Shown: piece by piece, positions 20,680 through 31,481 of the stretch
Layout of the letters: every line of letters starts with the position of its first letter
Numbering within the stretch: position 1 is the stretch's first letter
Assembly: GCA_965222065.1 (NCBI GenBank)
Contig: OZ244933.1
Location: 1,447,680 to 1,511,679, forward strand
Direction: 5' to 3'
Length of the DNA: 64,000 nt
Source of the DNA: Pseudomonadales bacterium
GTDB lineage: Bacteria > Pseudomonadota > Gammaproteobacteria > Pseudomonadales > GM7GCV1
Notes under the pieces: generated by a model
What the model saw: only the letters and a program-made list of their open reading frames with translations
What the model was told of the DNA's origin: nothing
The model's database searches: none
Position numbers and translations under genes: made by a program

Positions 20680-21887
20680 CAGGCTTTTCCTGAAAAGACT
20701 TCAAGCACACCATCGACAATATCCACCGGATAAAACGCGGCGTCATAGCCTATAGCAGATCGATAAGCGGGACCGACTGCGGCGATAAATTGTTCGACGC
20801 AATCGTCTCGCAACAACGCCAGACCACAACCACCAAAGCCCCCACCCATCATACGTGCGCCCAAAACGCCCGCCTGCTGCTGGGCCAGGTCCACAAGAGT
20901 GTCCATCTCTACTCCCGTTACCTCATAGTCGTATCTCAACGACTGATGCGATTCATTTAACAGCTGGCCAAACCCTTCAAGGTCGTTATTCTTAAGTGCC
21001 CCGGACGCCTTGAGCACACGATGGTTTTCAGTGATCACATGGCGGGCCCGACGCTGGAGCAGCTCATCGTCAAGCATATCGAGTACTTGATCCAATTGCG
21101 TACTGTCCAGATCGCACAGGGAAGTAATGTTGAGCGCATCGCCAACCAGCGACAACGCGGTTTCGGTCTCCAGTCTTCGCTGGTTATAGGCGGATTCCGT
21201 CAGGTTTCTGTCTTTGCAGGAGTTCATAATCAGCAATGAATATTCTCCAAGAGCAACCGGCACATAATCCACATCCAGGGTTTCACAATCCAGGCACATG
21301 GCCATGTCTTTCTTCCCCAGGGCAACCGATGCCTGATCCATCACGCCACAATTCATACCGACAAAATCATTTTCCGCTCGCTGCGCCAGCCAGCTAATTG
21401 CCTGACGGCGGGCAAAGTCGTCCTGGATGTTTTCACTGTCCATAAAGGTTTCTATCAAATAGGCAATGCCTACTTCCAGTGATGCCGATGACGATAATCC
21501 ACCACCGGGAATATCTCCTGCCAGGGCAATATCCAGTGCAGGCAATGAATGCCCGGACGCCTGGTACTCGAAAAAAACCCCTTTAATGTAATTACCCCAA
21601 TGATTACCCGATGTGCGCTCGATGGGTTGATCTATGGAAAATTCAATTTTTTCTTCCTGGTTAAGGGAATACACACGAATCCGGTCCAATTCATTTCGAC
21701 CCGCGATAAAAAATGTCCCGAACTGAATCGCTGCCGGCAGAACCTTCCCACCACAATAATCGATGTGATCACCAATCAGGTTGATTCGGGCCGGGGAAAA
21801 AAATCGACGTGCACTTTCCGCGGAAATTGCACTGCCCCAGTGCTCAAACAATGCATGCTCTATTTTCCTGAAAAGGGACATATTCAT
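20679..21887 (-). CDS. galK: Galactokinase
   Basis: GHMP-kinase motifs [13 protein letters not shown] and GGGFGGC. Galactokinase signature NLIGDHIDY at the N-terminus. Confidence 0.9.
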   Translation of the reverse strand: MNMSLFRKIEHALFEHWGSAISAESARRFFSPARINLIGDHIDYCGGKVLPAAIQFGTFFIAGRNELDRIRVYSLNQEEKIEFSIDQPIERTSGNHWGNYIKGVFFEYQASGHSLPALDIALAGDIPGGGLSSSASLEVGIAYLIETFMDSENIQDDFARRQAISWLAQRAENDFVGMNCGVMDQASVALGKKDMAMCLDCETLDVDYVPVALGEYSLLIMNSCKDRNLTESAYNQRRLETETALSLVGDALNITSLCDLDSTQLDQVLDMLDDELLQRRARHVITENHRVLKASGALKNNDLEGFGQLLNESHQSLRYDYEVTGVEMDTLVDLAQQQAGVLGARMMGGGFGGCGLALLRDDCVEQFIAAVGPAYRSAIGYDAAFYPVDIVDGVLEVFSGKA

Positions 21888-22037
21888 TCTTACGACAGAT
21901 TTTTTTACAGTTTTTTGACCAACTACCCTTGTGAATTTATCGGCTAAGTAGCGTTTTATCCAGTCTGTGGATCAACTAATTCTGCGGGTGACAAAAAAGG
22001 GGAGCCGTTGGCTCCCCACGCTGCAATTAACTACAAA

Positions 22038-23621
22038 TCACCAAAAAACGGTATAAAGCAGGATAAGTATGGCAACGACCACAGAGGAACCAATGAGGTA
22101 ACCCGTCGTGGTGGTGAAATCAACCTCGCGCAGTTCGATGGCACCTTCCTGTACCCGGTCTTTTTCCAGCATTCCCAGCGCCACAATAATGAAGCAGCAG
22201 GCAAAGAACACATAGAGCACCCGATCCATAAAGGGTACTTCCGGCATAAACAGTTTCATCAGGATAGAGAATACAAATGAGCCTAATGCCGCCAAAAGGG
22301 CACCGTTTCCGGTGGCACCCTTCCAGCAGACGCCGAGGATAAAGATCGCACAAATACCAGGCGTAAAGAACCCGGTGAACTCCTGGATGTACTGGAAGGC
22401 CTGCGGGAAATTACCCAACAGCGGCTTGGCCACCAAAACAGCGATAATCAAGGCTGACAAGCTGGCAATACGGCCAATCTTTACTAGGTCATGTTCACTT
22501 TCGACGCCTGGATGGAGAGGGCGATAGATATCGAGCGTAAAAATGGTGGAGATCGAGTTCATCATGGAACCCAGCGAAGAAACAATGGCAGCAATCAGGG
22601 CAGCAAAGATCAAACCGCGAATACCCACAGGCGTCAACGCCATAAGGCTGGGATAGGCTGCATCCGGACGTGCCACGCTAAGTCCCGAGGTGGGGTCTTG
22701 GGCCAGCACATAGGCGGCGATACCGGGAACCACAATAATCAGTGGCATCAATAATTTCAAAAAGGCCGCAAAGACGATCCCCTTCTGGGCTTCCTTGACA
22801 CTCTTGGCAGCGAGCGCGCGCTGGATAATGTATTGGTTAAAGCCCCAATAGGACAGGTTCATCATCCACATACCACCAATCAACACACCAATGCCCGGCA
22901 AGTTCATATACTCAGGGTTGTCTTTTGACAGGATCATGTCGAACTTTCCGGGTGCCTGATCAATCAACACACCGAAACCGGCAATTGCACCGCCCCCATC
23001 GGAAACCTCGTTCAGTGCCAGCCAGGCGATTAACAATCCGCCCAGGACCAAAAGAATGATCTGGATGATGTCCGTCAGGGCAACCGCCTTAAGGCCACCG
23101 TAAATGGAGTAGGCCACGGCAAATGCCGCCAGCCCCACCATACCGTAGACCACCGGAAAGCCTGTGAGAGTGGCAATCGCCGTGGCGCCCAGCCATAAGA
23201 CAGCGGTCAGGTTCACAAAGGTGTAAAGCCCCAGCCAGAATACGCTCATGACGTACTTCACCCGCTTGTCGAACCTCTGCTGGAGGAACTGGGGCATGGT
23301 GTAAATTTCATGCTTGAGGAACACCGGCAAAAAGAAATAGCCGACGATCAACAATGTTGCTGCCGCCATCCATTCATAGGAGGCAATGGCCAGGCCGACC
23401 ACATAGCCGGAGCCTGACATGCCGATAATCTGCTCGGCAGAAATATTGGCAGCAATTAACGAAGCGCCAACCGCCCACCAGGGCAGTGCTTTACCTGCAA
23501 GAAAGAAGTCTCTGGAATTTTTTTCATGGCCAGCCTTTTCCCTGGAGACCAACGTAGCGATAGAGATGAGTGCAATCACATAAACGACAACAATCACCAG
23601 GTCGATGGTGCTAAGAGTCAA
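22038..23621 (-). CDS. sglT: Sodium/sugar (glucose/galactose) cotransporter, SSS family
   Basis: 527 aa, ~14 TM helices, SSS signature. Heads the galK-galT operon. Confidence 0.8.
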   Translation of the reverse strand: MTLSTIDLVIVVVYVIALISIATLVSREKAGHEKNSRDFFLAGKALPWWAVGASLIAANISAEQIIGMSGSGYVVGLAIASYEWMAAATLLIVGYFFLPVFLKHEIYTMPQFLQQRFDKRVKYVMSVFWLGLYTFVNLTAVLWLGATAIATLTGFPVVYGMVGLAAFAVAYSIYGGLKAVALTDIIQIILLVLGGLLIAWLALNEVSDGGGAIAGFGVLIDQAPGKFDMILSKDNPEYMNLPGIGVLIGGMWMMNLSYWGFNQYIIQRALAAKSVKEAQKGIVFAAFLKLLMPLIIVVPGIAAYVLAQDPTSGLSVARPDAAYPSLMALTPVGIRGLIFAALIAAIVSSLGSMMNSISTIFTLDIYRPLHPGVESEHDLVKIGRIASLSALIIAVLVAKPLLGNFPQAFQYIQEFTGFFTPGICAIFILGVCWKGATGNGALLAALGSFVFSILMKLFMPEVPFMDRVLYVFFACCFIIVALGMLEKDRVQEGAIELREVDFTTTTGYLIGSSVVVAILILLYTVFW

Positions 23622-23743
23622 TTTTGTATCCCCCCGAGCCGATTTTTATTTTGTCTGCAACTGTGAATGTCCGGGAACAGACAGGTTTTGAATATTTTCT
23701 ACAGTTGCGCCTGCATTTGAACGCAGTTTCCGGCATTAGACAA

Positions 23744-23786
23744 GCAGCTTCCTTAAAAGAAAGGAAGCTGCCTGGCTAATTTTTTC
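23744..23786 (+). terminator. Perfect 11-bp inverted repeat (GCAGCTTCCTT/AAGGAAGCTGC) followed by a T-run. Terminator-like, or a protein-binding palindrome.
   Basis: Seen directly in the intergenic DNA between sglT (start 23621) and the aldehyde dehydrogenase (stop 23882). The T6 run follows 8 nt after the stem on the plus strand. Confidence 0.35.
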
Positions 23787-23881
23787 GAAGGTGGCCAATT
23801 CCCTGGCACTTTATATATCGATTGGTTTATCGATTCACTTGTCCTGTTGTTTTTGAGTTAACTCATCGAGAGCCAAACTGA

Positions 23882-25462
23882 TTAGCCCAGAACAACTTCA
23901 CCATCGACCAATCGGCATATCTTCTGGGAGTTTTCATCGTCCAGGGCCGCAGGCAGATAGTTGCCGGGCATGTTCTGGTAACACACGGGACGCATATAGC
24001 GATCGATCGCTGCTGTACCTACGGAGGTACTGCGACCGTCAGCCGTGGCAGGATAAGGTCCACCGTGTACCATCGCATGACAAACTTCTACACCGGTACC
24101 AAAGCCGTTCCAGATGATTCGACCTACTTTCAGTTCCAGTGCATCGATCAAGTCCTGAACCAGCCCGGAATCTTCTGAATCGGTAGCGTGAATTGCTCCC
24201 GTAAGCTGTCCACGCAGACTATCAAGGGCAGACAGCAACTCCTCGGCGGTTTCACAGCGAACAACCAGAGAGCAGGAACCAAACACCTCTTCCCGCAGCT
24301 CTTCATTAGCGACAAAGTCCTTGGCACTGACTTCAAACAGTGCAGCTCGACACTGACAACCATCCGCTTCCTGACCCACACTGATCTGGCTCAGTTCAGA
24401 CATGGATGACAGACGCTCAACGCCTTTCTCATAGGCTTCATGAATAGTGGGCGAAAGCATGGTCTGGGGCGCCGCTTCACTGATAGCCTTTCTGGCAGAG
24501 GCAACAAAGTTGTCATAGCCTTCACCGGCCATGCCGAATATCAGACCAGGGCTGGTACAGAACTGGCCCGCGCCCATCATCATGGAAGCAACCAGATTAG
24601 TACCGATCTCCTCACCACGAGTTGCCAGGGCATCAGGCAGAAGGAAAACGGGGTTAATGCTGCTCATTTCTGCATAAACAGGGATCGGCTCAGGGCGAGC
24701 TGCCGCCAGTTTCATCAGGGCAGTACCGCCGCTCTCTGAACCAGTGAAACCAACTGCCTTGATGGCAGGATGGCTAACCAGGGCAGAGCCGACTTCGCGT
24801 CCGGAACCAAAGATCAGTGAAAAAACACCTTCGTCCAGACCGTGATCGGCAACGGCTTTTTGCAGTGCACGGCCTACCAGCTCGGAAGTACCTGGGTGGG
24901 AAGAGTGCGCCTTAACGATCACCGGGCAACCAGCGGCCAGGGCAGAAGCTGTGTCACCACCTGCCACAGAAAAGGCCAGGGGGAAATTACTGGCACCAAA
25001 AACCGCGACGGGACCCAGGGGAATGTAACGCATGCGGTGGTCAAGACGTGGCATGGGCTTACGATCCGGCATGGCCGTATCAATGCGTGCACCCTGGTAA
25101 TGGCCGTCACGTATAAGTTGGGCGAAAAGCTTAAGCTGGCCAACGGTTCGACCGCGCTCACCAACAACACGAGCCTCCGGAAGACCACTCTCAGCCATGA
25201 CACGCTCTACCAGTTCGTCGCCCAGCTCCATGATGTTATCGGCACAACTGTCGATAAACGCGGCCCGCGCCTCGTTGTCCAGTTTGCGAAAGCTGGCAAA
25301 CGCCTTTGCCGCTTTTTCGCAGGCTTCATTGACGTCTGCCTGAGTACCGCCACCAAAAGCGGGCTCCATTTTTTCGCCAGTTGCGGGATTAATCGCATGA
25401 ATCTGTGTCGAGGTTCCCATCACCTCTTTGGCGCCCAAAAGCATATGGCCTGAAATAGTCAT
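23882..25462 (-). CDS. NADP-dependent aldehyde dehydrogenase (alpha-ketoglutarate semialdehyde / 2,5-dioxovalerate dehydrogenase-like)
   Basis: ALDH-superfamily catalytic Cys context (GQFCTSPG) and Glu context (AEMSSINP). Length and sequence pattern match KGSADH-type enzymes. Confidence 0.75.
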   Translation of the reverse strand: MTISGHMLLGAKEVMGTSTQIHAINPATGEKMEPAFGGGTQADVNEACEKAAKAFASFRKLDNEARAAFIDSCADNIMELGDELVERVMAESGLPEARVVGERGRTVGQLKLFAQLIRDGHYQGARIDTAMPDRKPMPRLDHRMRYIPLGPVAVFGASNFPLAFSVAGGDTASALAAGCPVIVKAHSSHPGTSELVGRALQKAVADHGLDEGVFSLIFGSGREVGSALVSHPAIKAVGFTGSESGGTALMKLAAARPEPIPVYAEMSSINPVFLLPDALATRGEEIGTNLVASMMMGAGQFCTSPGLIFGMAGEGYDNFVASARKAISEAAPQTMLSPTIHEAYEKGVERLSSMSELSQISVGQEADGCQCRAALFEVSAKDFVANEELREEVFGSCSLVVRCETAEELLSALDSLRGQLTGAIHATDSEDSGLVQDLIDALELKVGRIIWNGFGTGVEVCHAMVHGGPYPATADGRSTSVGTAAIDRYMRPVCYQNMPGNYLPAALDDENSQKICRLVDGEVVLG

Positions 25463-25649
25463 AATTTCGCGTACTCCTAAAATTGTTTACCTCAAACCCG
25501 GGATATGAGTTTGAGTGATTATGGTTATAGTATTCAAGAATTCCGCATTTTATCAGCTATAGAGAAGTCGTGCCTCCGACCTGGGGAATATCTTGGTTTT
25601 TTTGTGCAGGCACCACCAGAAAGGCACTTCCAGATTGTGCGACAGGAAG

Positions 25650-25684
25650 AAAATAAAAACCCCCATTCGCCAGAATGGGAGTTT
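25650..25684 (-). terminator. Bidirectional rho-independent terminator downstream of ppc
   Basis: A-run, then CCCCCATTC-gcca-GAATGGG hairpin, then TTTT. On the minus strand the hairpin is followed by GGTTTTTATTTT. Confidence 0.65.
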
Positions 25685-25715
25685 TACCTGGACAAGGGAT
25701 TTTCCGGAATCGATG

Positions 25716-28346
25716 TTAGCCGGTATTGCGCAGGCCCGCCGAGATCCCGGCAATTGTCACCATAATGGCTTGTTGCAAATCGGCGTCTTCTTTTTTGCGG
25801 TTACGCTGGAGAAGCTCGGCCTGCAACAGGTTCAGGGGGTCCACATAGGTATTGCGGAAATCAATCGATGCTCTTTGCAGGGGTGTATCCTCCATGGGGC
25901 TTTCCTCGTTACGAATACTCAGCACCGTGGATATATCTTTTTCCAGCTGAGTCCGCAGTTGGGTTCCCAGGGAATGCTTGTCCTGATCCACCAGAACAGA
26001 ATCATAATAATTGGAAATATCGATATCGGCCTTGACATAAACCATTTCCAGCATAGAGATACGTGTCGCAAAGAAAGGCCAGTCTTCGCACATTTGCTCG
26101 AGTATGGTCTTGCCTTCAGAGTCAATCACCTGTTGCAAGGCATCGCCCGCTCCCAGCCAGGCAGGCAGCATCAAACGGTTCTGACTCCATGCAAATATCC
26201 AGGGAATTGCTCGCAGGCTTTCAATACCGCCGCCGGTTTTGCGTCGGGCCGGACGTGATCCCAAAGGCAAGTTACCAAGCTCTATTTCCGGGGTAGCCTG
26301 ACGGAAGTAGGCAACAAAGTCCGGATTTTCCCTAACCACGGAGCGATAGGCTGCACAGGACAAGTCGGAAAGTTTGTCCATGACCTTTCGCCACTCCGGT
26401 CTGGGCACCGGCGGCTTATCCAGATTGGCTTGCATAATCGCTGTGGTATAAAGCGCCAGGCTTTTGGTGGCAATCGAGGTCAGCCCGAGCTTGGTTCGAA
26501 TCATCTCGCCCTGCTCGGTTACCCTCAGACCATTAGTCAGTGAACCCGGAGGCTGGGACAGCAAGGCTGCCTTGGCGGGTGCGCCGCCACGACCAATAGT
26601 ACCGCCACGACCATGAAACAGCTGCAAGGCAACCCCGGCCTCCTCGCAGACACGCAGCAATTCTTCCTGAGCACGATACTGGGCCCAGCCAGCGGCCATA
26701 ACGCCAGCATCCTTGGCGGAGTCGGAATAACCAATCATGACCGTCTGGCGGTTTGAACATTCGTTTCGATACCAGTCCATCGCCATCAGTGAGCTCATCA
26801 CACTGCTGGCATTATTGAGGTCTTCCAGTGTTTCAAACAGCGGTGCAACGGGCAATAGATCCTTGCACCCGCATTCGCGCATCAAGAGCTTTACCAGCAA
26901 CACATCGGATGCTGTCCGGGCCATGGAGATGACATAGACCCCGAAGGCATCCCGCGGATGACGACTAATTTCGCGGCAGGTGTCGAGGACTTCCTGGACA
27001 TTATCGGAAGGCTTCCAGTCGGACGGAATCAAGGGACGCTTGCTTTGCAGTTCGGAAAGAATAAATTCCTGTCGTTGTTCCTCATCCCAACTGGCGTAGT
27101 CACCCATTCCCAGATACTGGGTCAGTTCGGAAATCGCCTCAGTATGACGGTCACTTTCCTGGCGAATATCAAACCGCACAAGGTGCACGCCAAATGCGCG
27201 AACACGTCGCAAAACATCAAGTATTTTGCTCTCGGCGATATTCACCATGCCGCTATCCCAGAGCGAATCAAAGCAGGCTTTTAACGGCTCCCAAAGCTGA
27301 TCAACAGATTGCAGCGGGTTATCTTTTTCCTCAGCACGTCCCTGAAGCTCAGCCTCCAGGCTGGTTTTCGCGTCACGCAGCAACGTCCGGAGCTTTCTCA
27401 ACAGGAACCGGTAAGGCTCACGTGCACCCTCGGCCATTTCAGCCAATTCCGGTGTGCAGCGAAACATGGAGAGCTCATCAATCAATTCCTGAATATCACG
27501 CAAGTACAAATCAATCGCCGTCCAGCGACTTAAGAGCAGCACCTGCCGTGTGACCTTGGCCGTCACATTGGGGTTGCCATCCCGGTCACCGCCCATCCAG
27601 AAAGTAAAACTGATCGGGGAAAACTCCAGAGGCAAATACTCGCCAGTTGCAGCCATACTGGTGTTGTGTAACCGGCGCATGAACGCAGGCACGGCTTGCC
27701 AAAGTGAATTTTCTATTACGGAAAAACCCCAGCGGGCCTCGTCGACCGGCGTAGGCCGATGTTCACGAAAATCCCCGGTATTCCATATTTGCGCAATCAG
27801 TTCCGCCAAACGTCGATGCAAAACGGTGACTTCACGATTCGTCAGCCCTTGCAGCTCGAGCTGCGACAACACCTGGTCAATTTCTGCGTGTTTGTTGATC
27901 AGGCTTCGACGGGTAATTTCTGTAGGGTGAGCGGTAAGTACCAACTCAATATTTAGCTGCGAAAGCGCGCTATTGATACGCTCGGTGCTATAACCGGTTT
28001 CCGTCAACTGTCGAAACATATCTTCAAGCGTCTGGGTGGCCGACAGATCCTCGTCCATCTCGCGGGAAATAGCATGGTGCTGGTCAACAATGTTTGACAG
28101 ATTCAGGAAATGGCTAAAAGCGCGGGCCACAGGCAGCAACTCATCATTCGATAAGGAAACCAGATAGTCTGCCAGTCTCTTATAACCTTCCTGCCCTTCG
28201 GAACGGGCTGACTTGGACAATTGCCGGATGGTCTCAATCTTGTCGATAACCTGTGTTCCCTCAACATCGGCAATACACTCGCCCAGCATGGAGCCAAGCA
28301 GTTTTACATTGGCACTGATCGAAAGCGGTACATTTTTATCTGACAT
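25716..28346 (-). CDS. ppc: Phosphoenolpyruvate carboxylase
   Basis: PEPC signatures VMIGYSDSAKDAG and FHGRGGTIGRGG, and the C-terminal ...AGLRNTG. Start chosen at MSDKNVPLS (ATG 28346), which has a GGGG Shine-Dalgarno. Confidence 0.9.
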   Translation of the reverse strand: MSDKNVPLSISANVKLLGSMLGECIADVEGTQVIDKIETIRQLSKSARSEGQEGYKRLADYLVSLSNDELLPVARAFSHFLNLSNIVDQHHAISREMDEDLSATQTLEDMFRQLTETGYSTERINSALSQLNIELVLTAHPTEITRRSLINKHAEIDQVLSQLELQGLTNREVTVLHRRLAELIAQIWNTGDFREHRPTPVDEARWGFSVIENSLWQAVPAFMRRLHNTSMAATGEYLPLEFSPISFTFWMGGDRDGNPNVTAKVTRQVLLLSRWTAIDLYLRDIQELIDELSMFRCTPELAEMAEGAREPYRFLLRKLRTLLRDAKTSLEAELQGRAEEKDNPLQSVDQLWEPLKACFDSLWDSGMVNIAESKILDVLRRVRAFGVHLVRFDIRQESDRHTEAISELTQYLGMGDYASWDEEQRQEFILSELQSKRPLIPSDWKPSDNVQEVLDTCREISRHPRDAFGVYVISMARTASDVLLVKLLMRECGCKDLLPVAPLFETLEDLNNASSVMSSLMAMDWYRNECSNRQTVMIGYSDSAKDAGVMAAGWAQYRAQEELLRVCEEAGVALQLFHGRGGTIGRGGAPAKAALLSQPPGSLTNGLRVTEQGEMIRTKLGLTSIATKSLALYTTAIMQANLDKPPVPRPEWRKVMDKLSDLSCAAYRSVVRENPDFVAYFRQATPEIELGNLPLGSRPARRKTGGGIESLRAIPWIFAWSQNRLMLPAWLGAGDALQQVIDSEGKTILEQMCEDWPFFATRISMLEMVYVKADIDISNYYDSVLVDQDKHSLGTQLRTQLEKDISTVLSIRNEESPMEDTPLQRASIDFRNTYVDPLNLLQAELLQRNRKKEDADLQQAIMVTIAGISAGLRNTG

Positions 28347-28456
28347 AGGTATAGCCCCTTGTGTAGTCCGAAGTATATTTAGACGCTGATTATTGTGCAA
28401 AGCACTAGAACAGTTTGGTGCTTCAGCCGAAAAGCGGCTGACGTGTATTTACATCG

Positions 28457-29425
28457 CTAAAAATGCGATTGAACGTAATAGCTGGCACCTATCAGGCCAG
28501 GGTTTTTATGGGTAATCAACCAGGTAGGCACCGGCTTTAAAAGCTCGCTGTGACGCCCCTTGGCTTCAAAGCCCTGACGAAATTTGCTGGCAAGCAATTC
28601 ATCGGGGTAACGCTGAACGATACCGCCACCGATAAACACTCCGTCAAACGCGCCCAGGGAAAGCATTAAATCCCCGGCCGTTTGGCCCAAAATCTCAAAA
28701 AAGAGCTCCATGGTCCGCTGGCAAAATTCATCCTCGCGAGCCTGGGCCTGACTGGCAATTTCCGACGCAGTAAGTTGTTGTGGCTCAACTCCTTCCAGAG
28801 TACAGATAGCCAGGTAAATATTCTGAATACCAGGTCCTGAAAGCAGCCGCTCTGCTGACACCCTGGAATATTTTCGAAAAAGGACTTCCAGGACTGACGC
28901 CTGGAAAGAGTTTTCCGGGGCAAAACCGATGTGACCACCTTCACCCATCAGGGGGAAACGTTCACTGTGACGAACCACAAGTCCGGCAACGCCCAGACCG
29001 CTTCCTGGGCCCAGGACACCCAGTGTACTGTCCTTGCCACTGGGAAGTTCATGGCTTGCACCAACGCTGATCAAGTCATCTCCGCCCAGTGTCGGCAGGG
29101 AATAGGCGATGGCCTCAAAATCATTGAGGATATGTACTTTATCAAAACCCAGTTGCTGTTTTAGATCAGAGCCATCCAGATGCCAGTGATTATTGGTCAG
29201 TTTTACCCTTTGGTTAACCACAGCTCCGGCAACAGCCAGGCAAACGCCATCCAGACGATCAATCCCCATTTCCCAAAGGTACATCTTGATTGCATCGTAG
29301 GAAGTCTCATAGTCGGCACAGGCCAGAGTTCGCAGCTGCTCAAACCGGCCTTCGACTTCCCCGGCGAGCGCCAATCGAGCGTTGGTACCGCCAATATCGG
29401 CAATAAGAATGTTTTTTTCAGACAT
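28457..29425 (-). CDS. glk: Glucokinase
   Basis: ROK/glucokinase N-terminal motif LIADIGGTNARLAL. Start at MSEKNILIAD (ATG 29425). Confidence 0.85.
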   Translation of the reverse strand: MSEKNILIADIGGTNARLALAGEVEGRFEQLRTLACADYETSYDAIKMYLWEMGIDRLDGVCLAVAGAVVNQRVKLTNNHWHLDGSDLKQQLGFDKVHILNDFEAIAYSLPTLGGDDLISVGASHELPSGKDSTLGVLGPGSGLGVAGLVVRHSERFPLMGEGGHIGFAPENSFQASVLEVLFRKYSRVSAERLLSGPGIQNIYLAICTLEGVEPQQLTASEIASQAQAREDEFCQRTMELFFEILGQTAGDLMLSLGAFDGVFIGGGIVQRYPDELLASKFRQGFEAKGRHSELLKPVPTWLITHKNPGLIGASYYVQSHF

Positions 29426-29677
29426 GTTGTGAACAGAGAAAACAGTATGGGCAAATAATGTTATGGTCGTATTATAAAATTTTCTTGCAATTAAATGCAC
29501 GTAATGTAACTAAATTACAATTTGTCCCTTAAAAAACCTGTGACGAACTTATCAGGCTTTGCTATTAAATTCATTTAACCCCTGTTTTAAATCGAACCAG
29601 ACCACATATATAGAGGTCCAACGCTCCAAATTTTGACTAAAATAGAGTAACTCCAGCCCTATTGGCAGGCAGACAGA

Positions 29678-30517
29678 TTGATGGAAAAGAAAACATTAAC
29701 CGGCTTCCCGCTTAAGCGAATATCCCTGGCCGTACTGGCCGGGGTTTCTTTTGCCCATTTGCAAGCCTGGTCCAACGACTTTGAGGAACTCTCTGATTGC
29801 CAGCAGGTTAAGAAGGAAAGTGACGACTCAATCCTGTCCCGGGCACTCGGGGATGAGCTGGAAATATTGAGCTGGAACATCCAAAAAACCAGCAACCAAA
29901 ACTGGCAACAGGATCTTGCCAGGCTGGGCGATAGCGCTCACCTGATCCTTTTCCAGGAAGCTGTGCACAAAGCGGATTTCTCGCAGGCAATCCCGGTCGA
30001 AACACACAATGAATTTGCCCCCGGCTACCGCCGTGGTGACCTGCAGACAGGTGTAATGACTGTCAGTGCCAGCAGTCCGACGGCGGCGTGCGACCTGAGC
30101 ATAAACGAACCCTGGTTGCGCACGCCCAAGGCGACAAGCATTGCCCAGTACCGTCTGGAAAATCGTGAAGAGCATCTGCTGGTTGTTAACCTTCACGCTG
30201 TTAATTTTTCACTTGGCATGAAGTCATACCAAAGCCAGCTCTCCGCACTGGATGAATATCTTGAAAGTCATCCCGGACCCATTATCCTGGCCGGCGACTT
30301 GAACACCTGGAGCAAAAAACGCCTGGCTTTTGTCAACGAATTCACCGGACGGCATGGCCTGAATCCGGTTGTGTTTGAACCCGACCACCGAAGCAAGGTG
30401 TTTGGCAAAGCGCTTGACCATGTCTATGTCCGGGGCATGGAAGCCCATTTTGCTGAAGCCATCCAGGTAGACAGTTCGGATCACAACCCGTTGCGGGTCA
30501 AATTGCGCCTGCTATAA
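29678..30517 (+). CDS. Endonuclease/exonuclease/phosphatase (EEP) family protein, secreted
   Basis: Signal peptide. EEP motifs (LSWNIQ, LILFQE, AGDLNTW, SDHNPLRV). Confidence 0.7.
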   Translation: MMEKKTLTGFPLKRISLAVLAGVSFAHLQAWSNDFEELSDCQQVKKESDDSILSRALGDELEILSWNIQKTSNQNWQQDLARLGDSAHLILFQEAVHKADFSQAIPVETHNEFAPGYRRGDLQTGVMTVSASSPTAACDLSINEPWLRTPKATSIAQYRLENREEHLLVVNLHAVNFSLGMKSYQSQLSALDEYLESHPGPIILAGDLNTWSKKRLAFVNEFTGRHGLNPVVFEPDHRSKVFGKALDHVYVRGMEAHFAEAIQVDSSDHNPLRVKLRLL

Positions 30518-30587
30518 GTATGATCTGGAAATTGCTACCCTCCGTAAGCACTAACTACTTATTTAGAGATAGTCAGGCCAAGGATAT

Positions 30588-31379
30588 ATGAGCAAACTAC
30601 AGTCCATTATGTCAGGCGTTATTCTTGCGGGAGTAATTGCTGCCATCGCAATTTCCTGGGCAGTGCGATCCAGTCTGACATTGCCACCTGTTTTATCCAC
30701 GCCGCGTCCGGACTTTGATTCTTTTACGAATGTGCAAGAAAAGAAGCAGGCTTTCTTTGACTATCTACTGCCAAGTGTTCGCGAAGCAAATGACTATGTC
30801 CTGAAAGATCGTGAGCGCGTTATTCGCTGGCAAACGGCCTATGAAACCCGGGGAAATCTTTCAGGCCGGGATCTTTCCCAGCTGAATACACTTGCGGCCC
30901 AATACGAAATAGATACCGAGCTCGGTATCGAGGAAAAACTCGAACTTTTATCACTCAGGGTAGACATGATTCCAGCTTCTCTCGCCCTGGCACAGGCCGC
31001 CAAGGAGTCCGGCTGGGGAACCTCCCGATTCTCCAAGGATGCCAACAATTATTTTGGCGAGTGGTGTTTTAGTGAAGGCTGTGGTCTCGTACCCAGTCGC
31101 CGCGCTGAAGGCGCGACCCATGAAGTTCGCGCCTTTGACGACGTGGAGGACTCCATCGCTGCCTACATCCACAATCTAAACACTCACCCTCCTTATCGAT
31201 CCTTGCGTGAAATTCGCGCGGAAATGCGCGACCAGGGCAAAATTACCGGCATGTCCCTGGCTGAAGGACTATCCCGCTATTCAGAGCGTGGCCCGGTATA
31301 CATTGGCGAAGTCCAGAGTATTATTCGGGTCAATGACCTCCAGCCCCTGGATCGCTCCCTGGAAACTTCGCCAGAATAA
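30588..31379 (+). CDS. Glucosaminidase-domain protein (Bax/FlgJ-like N-acetylglucosaminidase)
   Basis: N-terminal TM anchor. Motif LALAQAAKESGWGTSRFSKDANNYFG is typical of the mannosyl-glycoprotein endo-beta-N-acetylglucosaminidase domain. Confidence 0.65.
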   Translation: MSKLQSIMSGVILAGVIAAIAISWAVRSSLTLPPVLSTPRPDFDSFTNVQEKKQAFFDYLLPSVREANDYVLKDRERVIRWQTAYETRGNLSGRDLSQLNTLAAQYEIDTELGIEEKLELLSLRVDMIPASLALAQAAKESGWGTSRFSKDANNYFGEWCFSEGCGLVPSRRAEGATHEVRAFDDVEDSIAAYIHNLNTHPPYRSLREIRAEMRDQGKITGMSLAEGLSRYSERGPVYIGEVQSIIRVNDLQPLDRSLETSPE

Positions 31380-31481
31380 CTGCCTGACAGCCCAAATCCG
31401 AACCCGATTACAGGGTTTGTGACCGATCACACTTCCATCTTGCCAATCGGCTGCTAATATCCTGCTATCTGAACAACACAG

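Noticed and set aside
24842-26258. Long antisense ORFs (203 aa and 221 aa, plus strand) inside the aldehyde dehydrogenase and ppc genes
   Set aside because: Shadow ORFs, typical of GC-rich genes on the opposite strand. Low-complexity, Arg/Gly/His-rich composition and no RBS.
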